Made by a program: the position numbers and the translations under genes
Origin: an uncultured Calditrichaceae bacterium
GTDB lineage: Bacteria; Calditrichota; Calditrichia; Calditrichales; Calditrichaceae
Direction of reading: 5' to 3'
Assembly: GCA_964542915.1 (NCBI GenBank)
Contig: CAZIVP010000019.1
Coordinates: forward strand, 1,666 to 65,665
DNA length: 64,000 nt
Notes under the pieces: generated by a model
Database searches by the model: none
The model's input: the letters and a program-made list of their open reading frames with translations, nothing else
Told to the model about the DNA's origin: nothing
Shown: positions 1-10,184 of the stretch, piece by piece
How the letters are laid out: each line of letters opens with the position of its first letter
How positions within the stretch are numbered: position 1 is the first letter of the stretch

Positions 1-153
1 TCTTCATAGGAATGGTCAAACCCGATTTGGTCTTCAACGTCATAATCTTTTAGCTGCCAATATGGTGGCGATGTTACCACGAGATGCACAGATGCATCGC
101 TTAGTTCTACCATTTTTCTGCTATCGCCAATAATACAGGTTTGCGAGGTTTTC
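1..153 (-). CDS. DNA methyltransferase (N4-cytosine/N6-adenine, beta-class), N-terminal fragment truncated by window edge
   Basis: Reverse-complement translation from ATG at 153-151 gives MKTSQTCIIGDSRKMVELSDASVHLVVTSPPYWQLKDYDV...; the 'TSPPY' (D/S-PPY) catalytic motif and N-terminal position are typical of ParB-/beta-class amino-MTases. Confidence 0.55.
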
Positions 154-424
154 ATAGACATTTCCCGGTATTATTAAAATTGTTGTAAATTAAATCCCGA
201 TCAATTATGAAACAAACACAAAATAACCCATTCGGGTTATTGCATCGAAAGATCATACCCACATATTATCTTAACGCAACCGGAAGAAAAAAACGACGTC
301 TGTTCATGTATCGCAAAGATCAGTCCGGCGGACATGTCATTGTGGAATTTATCCATGCGATTGCCGGTTTGCATTTAAACCGACAACAATTCACGATCGT
401 CGTTCAACAAACGGCAACGATGCT

Positions 425-3400
425 ATGAAAGCTTTTTCAACTATTTCTATTTTAATACTACTGCTTCAAATCATATTTGCATCCATAAGCAAGGGACAAC
501 CGCAGAGACCGCAATTCGAACACCTTTCGCCGGAAGAAGGCATCGCTCACAATATGGTCTATTGTATTCACCAGGACCGCAACGGTTTTATGTGGTTTGG
601 AACCATGTATGGGTTGATCCGTTACGACGGGCATGATTACAAGGTCTATCGTAACGATCCCGCCGATTCTTCCTCTATCTCCTATGACGACGTCACCGCC
701 ATTTATGAAGACAGCGCCGGACACCTCTGGATCGGCACCTGGGGCGGCGGGCTCAATAAATTCGATCCGCAAACGGAGCGCTTCGAACGCCTTGTTCATC
801 AACCGGGCAATGAAAAAAGTCTCAGTCATAATATTGTGTGGGCGATTTATGAGGATCGCCGGAAAAATATCTGGGTCGGCACCGATAACGGGCTGAACCG
901 GCTAACGCCGGTCTTAAGTGAGGAGACTGATCAGGAAATTCAAAACAATTACCACATTAAGCGTTTTTTTCTCAATCTCGACAATACAAACAGCCTCAGT
1001 AACAACCGCGTGCTCGCCATTTGTGAAGATGCCCGCGGCGATCTGTGGATCGGGACCCAAAACGGCCTGAATCGCTACAACTACGAAAAACAAAGCTTTA
1101 CCATGTTTTTCCACATGGATCACGATTACACCGGTGCATATAATTCAGCCATGTACCGCCTTGTGGATACATTGCAGGCCCAGGGACGCCAAATAGCGGC
1201 AATAGACAGGCCCGGTAACTTCGCCGGGCATAGCAAAACATTCACGCTTAAAAAACGCCGTACGATACTGGCAGTAACCATGGGCGAGGGTCGGAGTGAA
1301 CTGTTTGGTGAAAAAATCGATGAAATGTTTGATTATGGCTGGATCGAAAGCCCGGACGGTGAAATTATATGGAAGATGAAACTAAAAAACAGCCGTTACG
1401 CTGGCGGCGCCCTCAAAAACCGCATCGAAATGCATTTGCTGAATTTAGAAGCGGGTCGTTACCATCTGCGTTATAAATCGGACGACAGCCACTCCAGCCC
1501 GATGTGGAACAACTACCCGCCCCGACATCCGGAATTATGGGGCTTTCGTGTCTTTACACTGAATGCCGAGCAGCAGAAAAAGGCAATGTTGAACATTGAT
1601 CGGCAACAGAACCGCTATCCCAACTCTATCTCAGGCAACGCCATTACCGCCCTGTTTCCGGACAGGAAAGAAGATGCTCTGTGGATCGGCACCCGATACA
1701 ACGGCTTGAATAAACTCGATCTGGATAGTATGACGTTCAGCCATTACAAACAAAACGATGAGAACAGCAGTGATGTGGGCAGTAATACCATTCAATCGAT
1801 ATATCAGGATTCCTCGGGCATTCTGTGGATCGGTACCAATGAAGGTTTAACGCACTTTGATGTCGAGAGAAATCGATTCGTTCATTACCGCCATGATCCG
1901 CCCGACCCCGCCAGTATCAGCGGCAACAACATCGTGGCCCTGTGTGAAGACCGATCCGGTATACTTTGGATCGCCAGTTATCACGGCGGCGTCGATAAGC
2001 TTGACAAGCGTAAAAACACCTTTCGTCATTTGCGCCAACGCTCGGCCGATATGCCGGGCCTGTGTAACGACAATGTGTTTACCGTTGAGCAGGACCACGA
2101 AGGCCAGTTATGGATCGGCACCTGGGGCGGCGGTATCGATATTTATTCGCCGGACGAAGAACGCTTCCAATGTCTGCATCACAAATACGGAACGTTCGAT
2201 GGAAAGCAAATCCACGATATAGAAGTCACGAATGATCACGATATCTGGATTGCCGCTGCAGGCAAAGGTTTGCTGCGCTATTCCCCCGACTCCGGGGAAT
2301 TCGACCAATTTCTTTATGACAACCGCGACTCCACGTCCATTAGCTCTAATACCGTTACCGTTTTATTGGAAGACCGCAACGGCTATATTTGGGCAGGTAC
2401 TTACGGCAACGGCCTGAACCGTTTTGACCAACAAAGCAGCCGCTTCCGACGCTACTATCACAACCCCGAACGCAAAAACTCCCTGAGCCATAACAGTATT
2501 TTATCCCTGTACGAAGATCGCGAAGGTAATCTTTGGGTCGGTACTTACAAAGGTTTGAATAAACTGGACTCGACGCGTACCCAAATCCAACGCTATCAGC
2601 AGAATCTTTCCGATCCCAACAGCCTGAGCCACAATTATGTGTACGACATTTACCAGGATTCGAAAGGTACGCTTTGGATCGGGACCGCCGGCGGCCTGGA
2701 TCGCTTAAACGTCGAGCAGGGCAGCTTTCACCGATTTACAAATAGCGGCACGTTTGCAAACCGGGTGATCTATAAGATTCTGGAAGACCGGCGCGGCCAT
2801 CTCTGGGTAAGCACAAATAAAGGTCTGTTCAAAATCTTCCATGACCGCCATACGGTTGAATCGTATGACGTCTCCGACGGTTTGCAGAGCAATATTTTTA
2901 ACGCAGGCGCGGGCGTAAAACTCAGCGACGGACGTATGGTCTTCGGCGGAATCAACGGGCTGAACATTTTCCATCCCGAACGTGTGGCCAGGGATACTTT
3001 CATTCCGCCAATACATATCACCGAAGTAACGGCGTTCGATCAGCCGCTTGAAATTCAACGCCATTCCAAAACAGGCAACCGCATCGAACTCGATTATAGC
3101 GATAATTTTCTGACGCTGAAATTCGCTGCACTCGATTTTTCGAGTCCACGCAAAAATCGATATTCCTACTTCATGGAAGGGGTTGATCGATCATGGATTG
3201 ATGCGGGCAATCGCAATACCGCTCATTATACCAATTTACGCCCCGGTCGTTACACTTTCAGAGTAAAAGGTAGCAACAGCGACGGCGTTTGGAATCCGGA
3301 TGAGGCGCAACTCACCATTATCATTCATCCGCCGTTCTGGCAAACCTGGTGGTTTTACAGCCTGATGACCGCAATCGGTTTGGCGATATTTGTCGCGGCA

Positions 3401-4081
3401 TATAAATTTCGTATACGACGGAAAATCCGCAGATTAATGGAAATCCAGGAAATCAAAGAGCGCGAAGCGGAACGGGTGCGCAAGAAGGCGGCGCAGGATT
3501 TTCATGATGAACTGGGCCACAAACTCACCAAAATTTCCCTGTTTACTGCTATTATTAAACGCAATCCCTGCGACGATACACTCCACCACTACATCGAACG
3601 AATCGATCAAACCGCAAAAAGCGTCTCAGGCAATCTGCGGGACTTTATCTGGAATCTGGACCCCAACAAGGATTCGCTGTACGATACGATGATACGCTTA
3701 AAGGATTTTGGCGACGATCTGTTCGATAAAACCGGCATTGCATTTCGAACGGCCGGTATCGAGGAAAGACTCAAGCCGATAAAACTAACGCTGGATTGGC
3801 GGCAACAGCTCACCCGTATCATCAAAGAGGCGATGCACAATATTTTAAAACACTCGGATTGCCACAACGTGCTTCTGGAAGTTAGCAGCGCCAACGGGGA
3901 GCTGGTCATTGTCCTGCACGATGACGGTCGCGGCATGAATGACGACGGCGAAGGCAACGGTTTTGGACTGGACAATATGAAGGAACGGGCGCGTAAGCTG
4001 GGCGGTCATCTTGAAATCGAATCAGGCAACGGAAGCGGCACGCGCATTTCATTCGTGGCGCCTTCCATAACAGGAGCGTGA
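425..4081 (+). CDS. Sensor histidine kinase with periplasmic two-component-regulator beta-propeller repeats and Y_Y_Y domain, TM segment, HisKA_3 and HATPase domains
   Basis: N-terminal signal peptide; many repeats of the form G-[TL]-x-x-G-L-x-[RK]-[YF]; Y_Y_Y-like segment (YSYFMEGVDRSWIDAG...GRYTFRVKG); TM helix (WWFYSLMTAIGLAIFVAAY); H-box FHDELGHKLTKI; C-terminal GxGxG ATPase motifs. Confidence 0.9.
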   Translation: MKAFSTISILILLLQIIFASISKGQPQRPQFEHLSPEEGIAHNMVYCIHQDRNGFMWFGTMYGLIRYDGHDYKVYRNDPADSSSISYDDVTAIYEDSAGHLWIGTWGGGLNKFDPQTERFERLVHQPGNEKSLSHNIVWAIYEDRRKNIWVGTDNGLNRLTPVLSEETDQEIQNNYHIKRFFLNLDNTNSLSNNRVLAICEDARGDLWIGTQNGLNRYNYEKQSFTMFFHMDHDYTGAYNSAMYRLVDTLQAQGRQIAAIDRPGNFAGHSKTFTLKKRRTILAVTMGEGRSELFGEKIDEMFDYGWIESPDGEIIWKMKLKNSRYAGGALKNRIEMHLLNLEAGRYHLRYKSDDSHSSPMWNNYPPRHPELWGFRVFTLNAEQQKKAMLNIDRQQNRYPNSISGNAITALFPDRKEDALWIGTRYNGLNKLDLDSMTFSHYKQNDENSSDVGSNTIQSIYQDSSGILWIGTNEGLTHFDVERNRFVHYRHDPPDPASISGNNIVALCEDRSGILWIASYHGGVDKLDKRKNTFRHLRQRSADMPGLCNDNVFTVEQDHEGQLWIGTWGGGIDIYSPDEERFQCLHHKYGTFDGKQIHDIEVTNDHDIWIAAAGKGLLRYSPDSGEFDQFLYDNRDSTSISSNTVTVLLEDRNGYIWAGTYGNGLNRFDQQSSRFRRYYHNPERKNSLSHNSILSLYEDREGNLWVGTYKGLNKLDSTRTQIQRYQQNLSDPNSLSHNYVYDIYQDSKGTLWIGTAGGLDRLNVEQGSFHRFTNSGTFANRVIYKILEDRRGHLWVSTNKGLFKIFHDRHTVESYDVSDGLQSNIFNAGAGVKLSDGRMVFGGINGLNIFHPERVARDTFIPPIHITEVTAFDQPLEIQRHSKTGNRIELDYSDNFLTLKFAALDFSSPRKNRYSYFMEGVDRSWIDAGNRNTAHYTNLRPGRYTFRVKGSNSDGVWNPDEAQLTIIIHPPFWQTWWFYSLMTAIGLAIFVAAYKFRIRRKIRRLMEIQEIKEREAERVRKKAAQDFHDELGHKLTKISLFTAIIKRNPCDDTLHHYIERIDQTAKSVSGNLRDFIWNLDPNKDSLYDTMIRLKDFGDDLFDKTGIAFRTAGIEERLKPIKLTLDWRQQLTRIIKEAMHNILKHSDCHNVLLEVSSANGELVIVLHDDGRGMNDDGEGNGFGLDNMKERARKLGGHLEIESGNGSGTRISFVAPSITGA

Positions 4082-4167
4082 TTATTTTACAGAAGAGAGC
4101 GCTGTCCATTGTCAGGGCAAAATGGCGGCACCAATCTGCATAGTATAGGATTCCCGGAGATAAAAAC

Positions 4168-4791
4168 ATGATCGACGTTACAATTATCGAAGACGACTAT
4201 GAAATACGCGAAAGCCTGGCTCTGCTCATATCGGGCACACGCGGATTTAGCTGCAAAAAATCCTACGGCGATTGCGAAACCGCCCTGGCAGACATCGAAC
4301 GCCATACGCCCGATGTCATTCTAATGGATATCGAACTGCCGGGCATGTCGGGCATTGAGGGCATCCGTCAGATAAAGGCCCGATTTCCCGAAATTGATAT
4401 TCTGATGCTGACCGTTCACGGCAACGAACAATTGGTCTTCGAATCGCTTTGCGCAGGGGCCTGCGGATACCTGATGAAAGATACACCGCCCGCAAAATTA
4501 CTGGACGCCATCGAAGACGTTTACAACGGCGGAGCGCCGATGAGCACCACCATTGCGCGCATGGTGGTCAGCTCTTTTCAGGTAACACAGGATTCGCCCT
4601 TAACCAAACGCGAGACGGAAGTGCTCAGCCATCTGGGCCGCGGCAAAAGCTATAAGATGATTGCCGACGCCCTCTTTATCAGCGAAGAAACCGTTCGCCG
4701 ACATCTGAAGAATATTTATAAGAAGCTCGAAGTACACTCCAAAAACGAAGCCGTAGCCAAGGCCCTTCGCGAGAAATGGATTTCCGCTTAG
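4168..4791 (+). CDS. NarL/FixJ-family response regulator (REC + LuxR-type HTH)
   Basis: REC fold with phospho-Asp context ILMDIELPGMSG; C-terminal LuxR HTH ETEVLSHLGRGKSYKMIADALFISEETVRRHLKNIYKKL; immediately downstream of the HisKA_3 kinase. Confidence 0.9.
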   Translation: MIDVTIIEDDYEIRESLALLISGTRGFSCKKSYGDCETALADIERHTPDVILMDIELPGMSGIEGIRQIKARFPEIDILMLTVHGNEQLVFESLCAGACGYLMKDTPPAKLLDAIEDVYNGGAPMSTTIARMVVSSFQVTQDSPLTKRETEVLSHLGRGKSYKMIADALFISEETVRRHLKNIYKKLEVHSKNEAVAKALREKWISA

Positions 4792-5420
4792 CCTTGTCCC
4801 GATTGCAGGCTGTTATGGCATGATTAGCCAAAGGTAAAAAGTTCCGCCGTTTTATTACGCAAAAAGTGTTCGAAAAGGAGCGATATGGCGCATTACCCGG
4901 TAACCCGCAAAACCGATGACACAACATCTGGAAAACCTTCATAAACAACTCAAAATAAACGCCTTCGTTTCTATGCGGCCGTTCGGTCCCGCATTGACCC
5001 TGGCTATTCAACAGACCCGAATATGCGATGATGGCTATGCCGCATGGGAAGAGGCGGATTTTTGTTCTCCATCCTTTACCGAAGAACGCAAGGCTGTTCT
5101 CGACCAAGTTTTTACAGACACTCAAACCATCAATGTTAACAAGGGCGAAGGCCGGAGCCAGATCGAACATATACCGGGGTTATTATCGTAAGTCAGAAAA
5201 AAGTCCATGTTATCGGCGGAATCCCGGTCCGCCGGACAACCTCTGTTTGGCAATCCCGGAACCCTGATGGGCCTTTCACCGCCCTCTTCCCTGTTTTCTA
5301 TTAAACGGTGCCCGCCCTTCACTAGTACCACTTCCGTTCAACTCTTAAATTTGGGTCAATTCCCGGAAAGGTTAGCCCGCTGACCCGTAAAACGGTCTCT
5401 GCACCCGCATAACACTTAAA

Positions 5421-5440
5421 AATTACCCGTTCAGGTAATT
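5421..5440. promoter_or_regulatory. Perfect 20-bp palindrome AATTACC-CGTTCA-GGTAATT, candidate LuxR/NarL-type operator upstream of susC
   Basis: 7-bp perfect inverted repeat with 6-bp spacer, read directly; located ~90 bp upstream of the SusC start and downstream of the LuxR-family regulator gene. Confidence 0.4.
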
Positions 5441-5528
5441 GTAATCGCCCGTCAAACCCTTAAATATGTGGTCAACGATCGCACAATCCATATTAACCCA
5501 ACAGCCCAACAAACAAGAAGGAGGCGAT

Positions 5529-8348
5529 ATGATGCGTAACATTCTACTTTTATTACGGCGACCGTTTTTTCCATTTTGGTTCGTCGCGGTCTTCGGCACA
5601 TTGCTGTTACAGCCCGGTTTCAGTCAGCAAACCGGACAAATTCAGGGTTTGATCACCGACGCCAACACGGATGAACCCCTGGCGGGCGTCAACATCATTC
5701 TGGAAAATACCAATATGGGCGCCGCCTCCGATAACGACGGCTATTACCTGATCCAGGACGTGCCGCCCGGCCAATACCTGCTCTTAGTGAACTATATCGG
5801 TTTTCAGACACAGAGCAAGTCGGTTGACATAGTCGCAGGTGAAAGAACGGTACAGAACTTTGCTCTCAAAGAGAGCATTTTGGAAATGAATGAAATCGTT
5901 GTTACCGGCACCGGCGCCGAAACACGAAAAAAAGAACTCACGACGGCCGTCTCGACGATATCGGCCCGCGAGATCGACATTTCACCAACGGAGTCGATTG
6001 ATAAATTACTGTTGGGACGCGTAGCCGGCGGACAGATCAAAGTTAATGCCGGTATGCCCGGAACCGGCTCCCGCATCCAATTGCGCGGCGTCACCAGCGC
6101 CAACGCTTCCCAGACGCCGGTAATTTATGTGGACGGCGTCCGGATCGACAACAACGATAATTTCCGGCTCGAGCAGGGTACCGGCGGCGTGGCGCAAAAC
6201 GCCCTCTCGGATATCCTGACCAGCGATGTGGAAAAAGTCGAAGTTATCAAAGGCGGAGCGGCTTCCACATTGTACGGCTCGGAAGCGGCTAACGGCGTTA
6301 TTCAGATTTTCACCAAAAAGGGCGATGTGGGGCCGCCGCGTTTTTCATTTAAAATGGAGCAGGGATTTAACGCGCCCGAAACCAAATACGTGCAGGAAAA
6401 ACTGACCGAAGAACACGTTCTGGAAACGGGCTATTTTCAAAAATACTCTGCGACGCTGGACGGCGGCGGCTCTTTTCTCACCTACCATTTAAGCGGTTAT
6501 GTGATGGGCGATAACGGCGTGCTCCCCGAAGACGATAATCAACGCTACGCCTTCCGAAGCGGTCTGCGTATCTTCCCGTCCGATGAGCTGCGCATTCATG
6601 TAACCAGCGGATTTGTTCGTGATAATTACCAGCGGATGTACAACAATAATGCCAGCGTGGATCTATTCGGAAGCGTTGAACAGCACTCTCCGGACTTTTT
6701 TGGACCCGATATCAGCGAAGAAGATGCGGCGGCCAAAATCGATGAATACGCTCTGCCCAATCTGACGTACGCCGTTAACCGTTTTAATTTCGGAACGACC
6801 GTACATTACGATCCTTATGAGTCGTTTACCCACCGTTTTACCGTCGGAATGGATTACCGTAAAAATGAAGAGCGCCAGTTCATCCCCATCGCTGCCGAGG
6901 AGGTAACCGGCGTGCAGGACGGCGGACTTTTTCGTTCCGATCGCGAATATATGACCGTTACCGTGGACTATGCCGGTACTATTCACTATCCGCATGAAGG
7001 GCTGTTCACGTCAAAATTTACCTATGGCGCACAGGGATTCCGGGTCGAAGACCGTGAAAGCAACGTCTCGGCTACCCAATTCGGTTTACCCGGAACGGAT
7101 GATTTCGACAATACCGCCAACCAGGCGCCGCTGGAATCCAACCGTCAAATATTCAGCGGAGGCGTTTTTATAAACGAACAAATTGGTTTCCGTGATAAAC
7201 TGTTTTTTAACGCCGGATTGCGGGTGGACGGCAATACCGCTTTTGGCGATGAGATTTCAGCTGTTACCTATCCCAAATTCGGTGTCGCCTATACACTGTC
7301 GGATGAAGCGTTCTGGAAAGGGTATGCGGCGCGGATTTTCAGCTTGCTTAAATTCAGGGCCTCTTACGGTGAAACGGGTAATTTCCCCACGCCGTTCAGC
7401 CGGGATCGCACGTTTATTCAGGGTTCTTTTCAGGGCGCTGTGGCCGCGAATTTCGGAAATCCGGGCGATGATGAATTAGGCCCCGAACGTACCAAAACCT
7501 TCGAATACGGACTGGAAACATCACTGCTTTCCGACCGTGTGGGGCTCGAGTTCAGTATTTTTGATGAAACGACCACCGACGCGTTATTTCTGGTACCGAG
7601 TCAACCGGCGTCGGGATTGAGTCTACAACTGCGCAATGTGGGTCAAATTGAAAACAGCGGCGTTGAACTGGCGTTGAACGCACAAATTTACACATCCCGC
7701 AATTTCAATTCTTCTTTGCGAGCGACCTTCACCAAAGTTGAAAACAAAGTAACCGATCTGGGCGGCGCCCAGGCTTTTTCCGTCGGCGGATTCTCATTTT
7801 TGCCGCAACGCGTCGAAAAAGGCAAGCCCGTGGGCGTGTTCCGAACCAATGTTCCTAATGCCGACGGCCGTTTCGAAACCGTGCTTGAAAAATCGCCGCT
7901 GCCGGATTTCTCCTATTCCCTGGGTCTGAATCTGGATATCTTTCGGCGTTTACGGTTGTCCTTCCTGGGCGATGGCCAGAAAGGCGGCTACAGCGGCAAC
8001 CTGGGTAAAATCCTGAGGTTTCTCAACGGCGGTGAAGTTCAGGATCCGCAGATACCCGAAGGCCACAATTTTGTGACCGCTTCGGATATATTTATTGAAG
8101 ACGCGACCTTTTTTAAACTGCGCGAAATTTCGGCCTCTTACCGATTGCCCCGGCGCTATTTCAATGCGGATATCACCCTGCAGGCCAGCCTGCGTAATGC
8201 CTACATCTGGAGCAAAGCCGACGACTTCGACCCGGAATTGAACGGAACGCGAACGGCTTCGGTAACGCAGGCGGATGTGGGCGGTTTTACGATTAACACC
8301 ATATCGCCGCCGCGTCAGTTTCGCTTTGCCATTCAATTCAATTATTAA
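5529..8348 (+). CDS. SusC/RagA-family TonB-dependent outer-membrane receptor
   Basis: GGAGG SD 5 nt before ATG 5529; signal peptide; carboxypeptidase-regulatory-like N-domain (IQGLITDANTDEPLAGVNIILEN...DGYYLI); plug and 22-strand barrel length (~940 aa); followed 50 bp later by a SusD-like gene. Confidence 0.85.
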   Translation: MMRNILLLLRRPFFPFWFVAVFGTLLLQPGFSQQTGQIQGLITDANTDEPLAGVNIILENTNMGAASDNDGYYLIQDVPPGQYLLLVNYIGFQTQSKSVDIVAGERTVQNFALKESILEMNEIVVTGTGAETRKKELTTAVSTISAREIDISPTESIDKLLLGRVAGGQIKVNAGMPGTGSRIQLRGVTSANASQTPVIYVDGVRIDNNDNFRLEQGTGGVAQNALSDILTSDVEKVEVIKGGAASTLYGSEAANGVIQIFTKKGDVGPPRFSFKMEQGFNAPETKYVQEKLTEEHVLETGYFQKYSATLDGGGSFLTYHLSGYVMGDNGVLPEDDNQRYAFRSGLRIFPSDELRIHVTSGFVRDNYQRMYNNNASVDLFGSVEQHSPDFFGPDISEEDAAAKIDEYALPNLTYAVNRFNFGTTVHYDPYESFTHRFTVGMDYRKNEERQFIPIAAEEVTGVQDGGLFRSDREYMTVTVDYAGTIHYPHEGLFTSKFTYGAQGFRVEDRESNVSATQFGLPGTDDFDNTANQAPLESNRQIFSGGVFINEQIGFRDKLFFNAGLRVDGNTAFGDEISAVTYPKFGVAYTLSDEAFWKGYAARIFSLLKFRASYGETGNFPTPFSRDRTFIQGSFQGAVAANFGNPGDDELGPERTKTFEYGLETSLLSDRVGLEFSIFDETTTDALFLVPSQPASGLSLQLRNVGQIENSGVELALNAQIYTSRNFNSSLRATFTKVENKVTDLGGAQAFSVGGFSFLPQRVEKGKPVGVFRTNVPNADGRFETVLEKSPLPDFSYSLGLNLDIFRRLRLSFLGDGQKGGYSGNLGKILRFLNGGEVQDPQIPEGHNFVTASDIFIEDATFFKLREISASYRLPRRYFNADITLQASLRNAYIWSKADDFDPELNGTRTASVTQADVGGFTINTISPPRQFRFAIQFNY

Positions 8349-8399
8349 CGCTGATGAAAGAGAAAATCATCTATGCTTTCAAATGAAGGAGGAATAAAT

Positions 8400-9851
8400 A
8401 TGAAACGACAACCCTCATGGCTGCTATGGTCTCGCGCGGTCATCATTGTGCTCCTGGTATGGGCCATCTCCGCATGTGATCTGTTGGATCCCACCAGCGT
8501 CGAGAATCCGCAAACAACCGACGAGAGCCTCAAAGAGAACGCCACCGGAGCGGCCGCCCCGTTTTTGAACGGTCTGCATTTCCGCTATTCGGACGCCGTT
8601 GAAGATTTAATTATCTTCACCGATGTGGTTTCCGATAATTATGACAATGTTTCCACATTCACGTCGCCGCTGATCGATAATCCGCGAGCCATCATGGCAT
8701 CGGATTTGACCCTAAACCATGAAACATCCGGATTGTACTTCGAAATCCAGGAACTGCGCGCTTTGGCTGATTTCGCCATTAACAGCGTCATCCCCAACGA
8801 CGCAAACGCAACCGATGAACAGCGCGCCGAAGCGCTTTTCTATCGCGGTATGGCCAATCTGCTGTCGGCGGAAAATTTTGCGGCGGTTCCGGTCGAGGAA
8901 AACGGCGCCGCGGTACCCGCAGAAGCGTTGATCGGTCTTGCGATCGATGATTTCAAAAAAGCTCTGACGGTCAGCGGGCACGCCGGTTTCGAACCGCGGA
9001 TTCATCTCGTACTGGCAAGGGCTTACCGTATAGCGGGCAATAAAGAACAAGCTTTATCGGAGGCGGACATGGCGCTTTCCAGCACGTCCGAAGATTTTGT
9101 CTTTTCAGCCACCTACGACGCGGCCAATAATATCAATAACGCCTACAATTTTACTGTGGGACGCTCCAACTCCGATGATTATCAACCGCTGCCCAGGCTT
9201 GATTTCCTGGATCCCAAATATTTGAATCCCGATGCGCCTGTCCCGTTCATTAAAATGGAAGAGGCCTATCTGATCAAGGCTGAAATCGCTCTTTCGGATG
9301 GCGATGCACCCGGAGCGGCGCAGTTGCTGGCGCAGGCGATTGAACTGGCGGAAAGCCGACCGACGGTTGATTTTATTGATCCCGATGCGCGCCGGGATAC
9401 GGAGGACAACGCCTTACGTCCGGACAGCGGACTGGTTAAAGCTTCGCCCGACGCCGAAGCTATCGATGGTCTGATTTTACCCCGCAGCGGCAACATGGTA
9501 TCCGTGCCCGTGGTTTCCGGCACCAGTCTGGACGCCGATCAAATTACCTCCATGAGCGATCCGGAGGCCGTGCTGTATCATCTCTATCTGGCACGGCAGG
9601 AAATTTTCTTTTATGAAGGGCGCCGCATGAGTGATCTCGGCATCCGGTTGCCTATGATGAATCGCGAAATCGAAACCAATGCAAATATTCAAACAGGCGC
9701 AACAGGCACCGAGGTAATGGTACCGGATTATATCCCGGCCGGCAACGAAATGGATGCCTATGAAAGCAACGGCGATATAACAACCATCCTGCATGATATG
9801 AATCGTGTTTTGGCCGAGAACCGGGTTTCGCCCTTCACTATGCCGTTTTAA
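8400..9851 (+). CDS. SusD/RagB-family nutrient-binding outer-membrane lipoprotein
   Basis: GGAGGA SD then ATG 8400; lipoprotein signal with lipobox ...AISAC; TPR-like helical protein of ~480 aa immediately after SusC. Confidence 0.7.
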   Translation: MKRQPSWLLWSRAVIIVLLVWAISACDLLDPTSVENPQTTDESLKENATGAAAPFLNGLHFRYSDAVEDLIIFTDVVSDNYDNVSTFTSPLIDNPRAIMASDLTLNHETSGLYFEIQELRALADFAINSVIPNDANATDEQRAEALFYRGMANLLSAENFAAVPVEENGAAVPAEALIGLAIDDFKKALTVSGHAGFEPRIHLVLARAYRIAGNKEQALSEADMALSSTSEDFVFSATYDAANNINNAYNFTVGRSNSDDYQPLPRLDFLDPKYLNPDAPVPFIKMEEAYLIKAEIALSDGDAPGAAQLLAQAIELAESRPTVDFIDPDARRDTEDNALRPDSGLVKASPDAEAIDGLILPRSGNMVSVPVVSGTSLDADQITSMSDPEAVLYHLYLARQEIFFYEGRRMSDLGIRLPMMNREIETNANIQTGATGTEVMVPDYIPAGNEMDAYESNGDITTILHDMNRVLAENRVSPFTMPF

Positions 9852-9864
9852 TTTCCAGGCAAAA

Positions 9865-9908
9865 GGAAACGCCCGTCCTCGCAGTAGCGACGGGCGTTTC
9901 CTTTGTAA
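9865..9908 (+). terminator. Rho-independent terminator after susD
   Basis: Perfect 13-bp stem GGAAACGCCCGTC / GACGGGCGTTTCC with 11-nt loop followed by TTTGT. Confidence 0.7.
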
Positions 9909-10184
9909 CCGAAATACCAAAAGGAATGCTTTCGGGAAACATCTGAATCGAGTGTAAAAACAAATTCGGCCCTCCTCCTTACCCCCTCCGCTCGGCGATT
10001 CGGCAGAGCGTGTTTTGGGAGGCGGGTCTTTTCTTCACGTAAACGAAGCGACCAATCGTTTCGGAACAAGCCATGCCGGCGGCGCCATCCTGCTTACGAG
10101 CCGCTAACTACCGGCGTCATCCGGCATGTTACGACGTTAACCGGTCACGACCCAAGGTTTGTGAATGAACAAATAGGAGGAAAC

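Noticed and set aside
207-428. 73-aa ORF upstream of the sensor kinase
   Set aside because: Basic, low-complexity translation in a divergent promoter region. No SD. The stop overlaps the kinase start. Most likely non-coding.
4916-5191. 91-aa and overlapping 163-aa (minus) ORFs in the regulator-susC gap
   Set aside because: Mutually overlapping on opposite strands, no recognisable domains or translation signals. Kept only as an unexplained region (see findings).
5270-5465. Bacteroidetes-type promoter (TTTG / TAnnTTTG) upstream of susC
   Set aside because: The genome uses clear GGAGG Shine-Dalgarno sites and sigma70-like -35/-10 hexamers elsewhere. No convincing Bacteroides-type motif was found, so it was not called.
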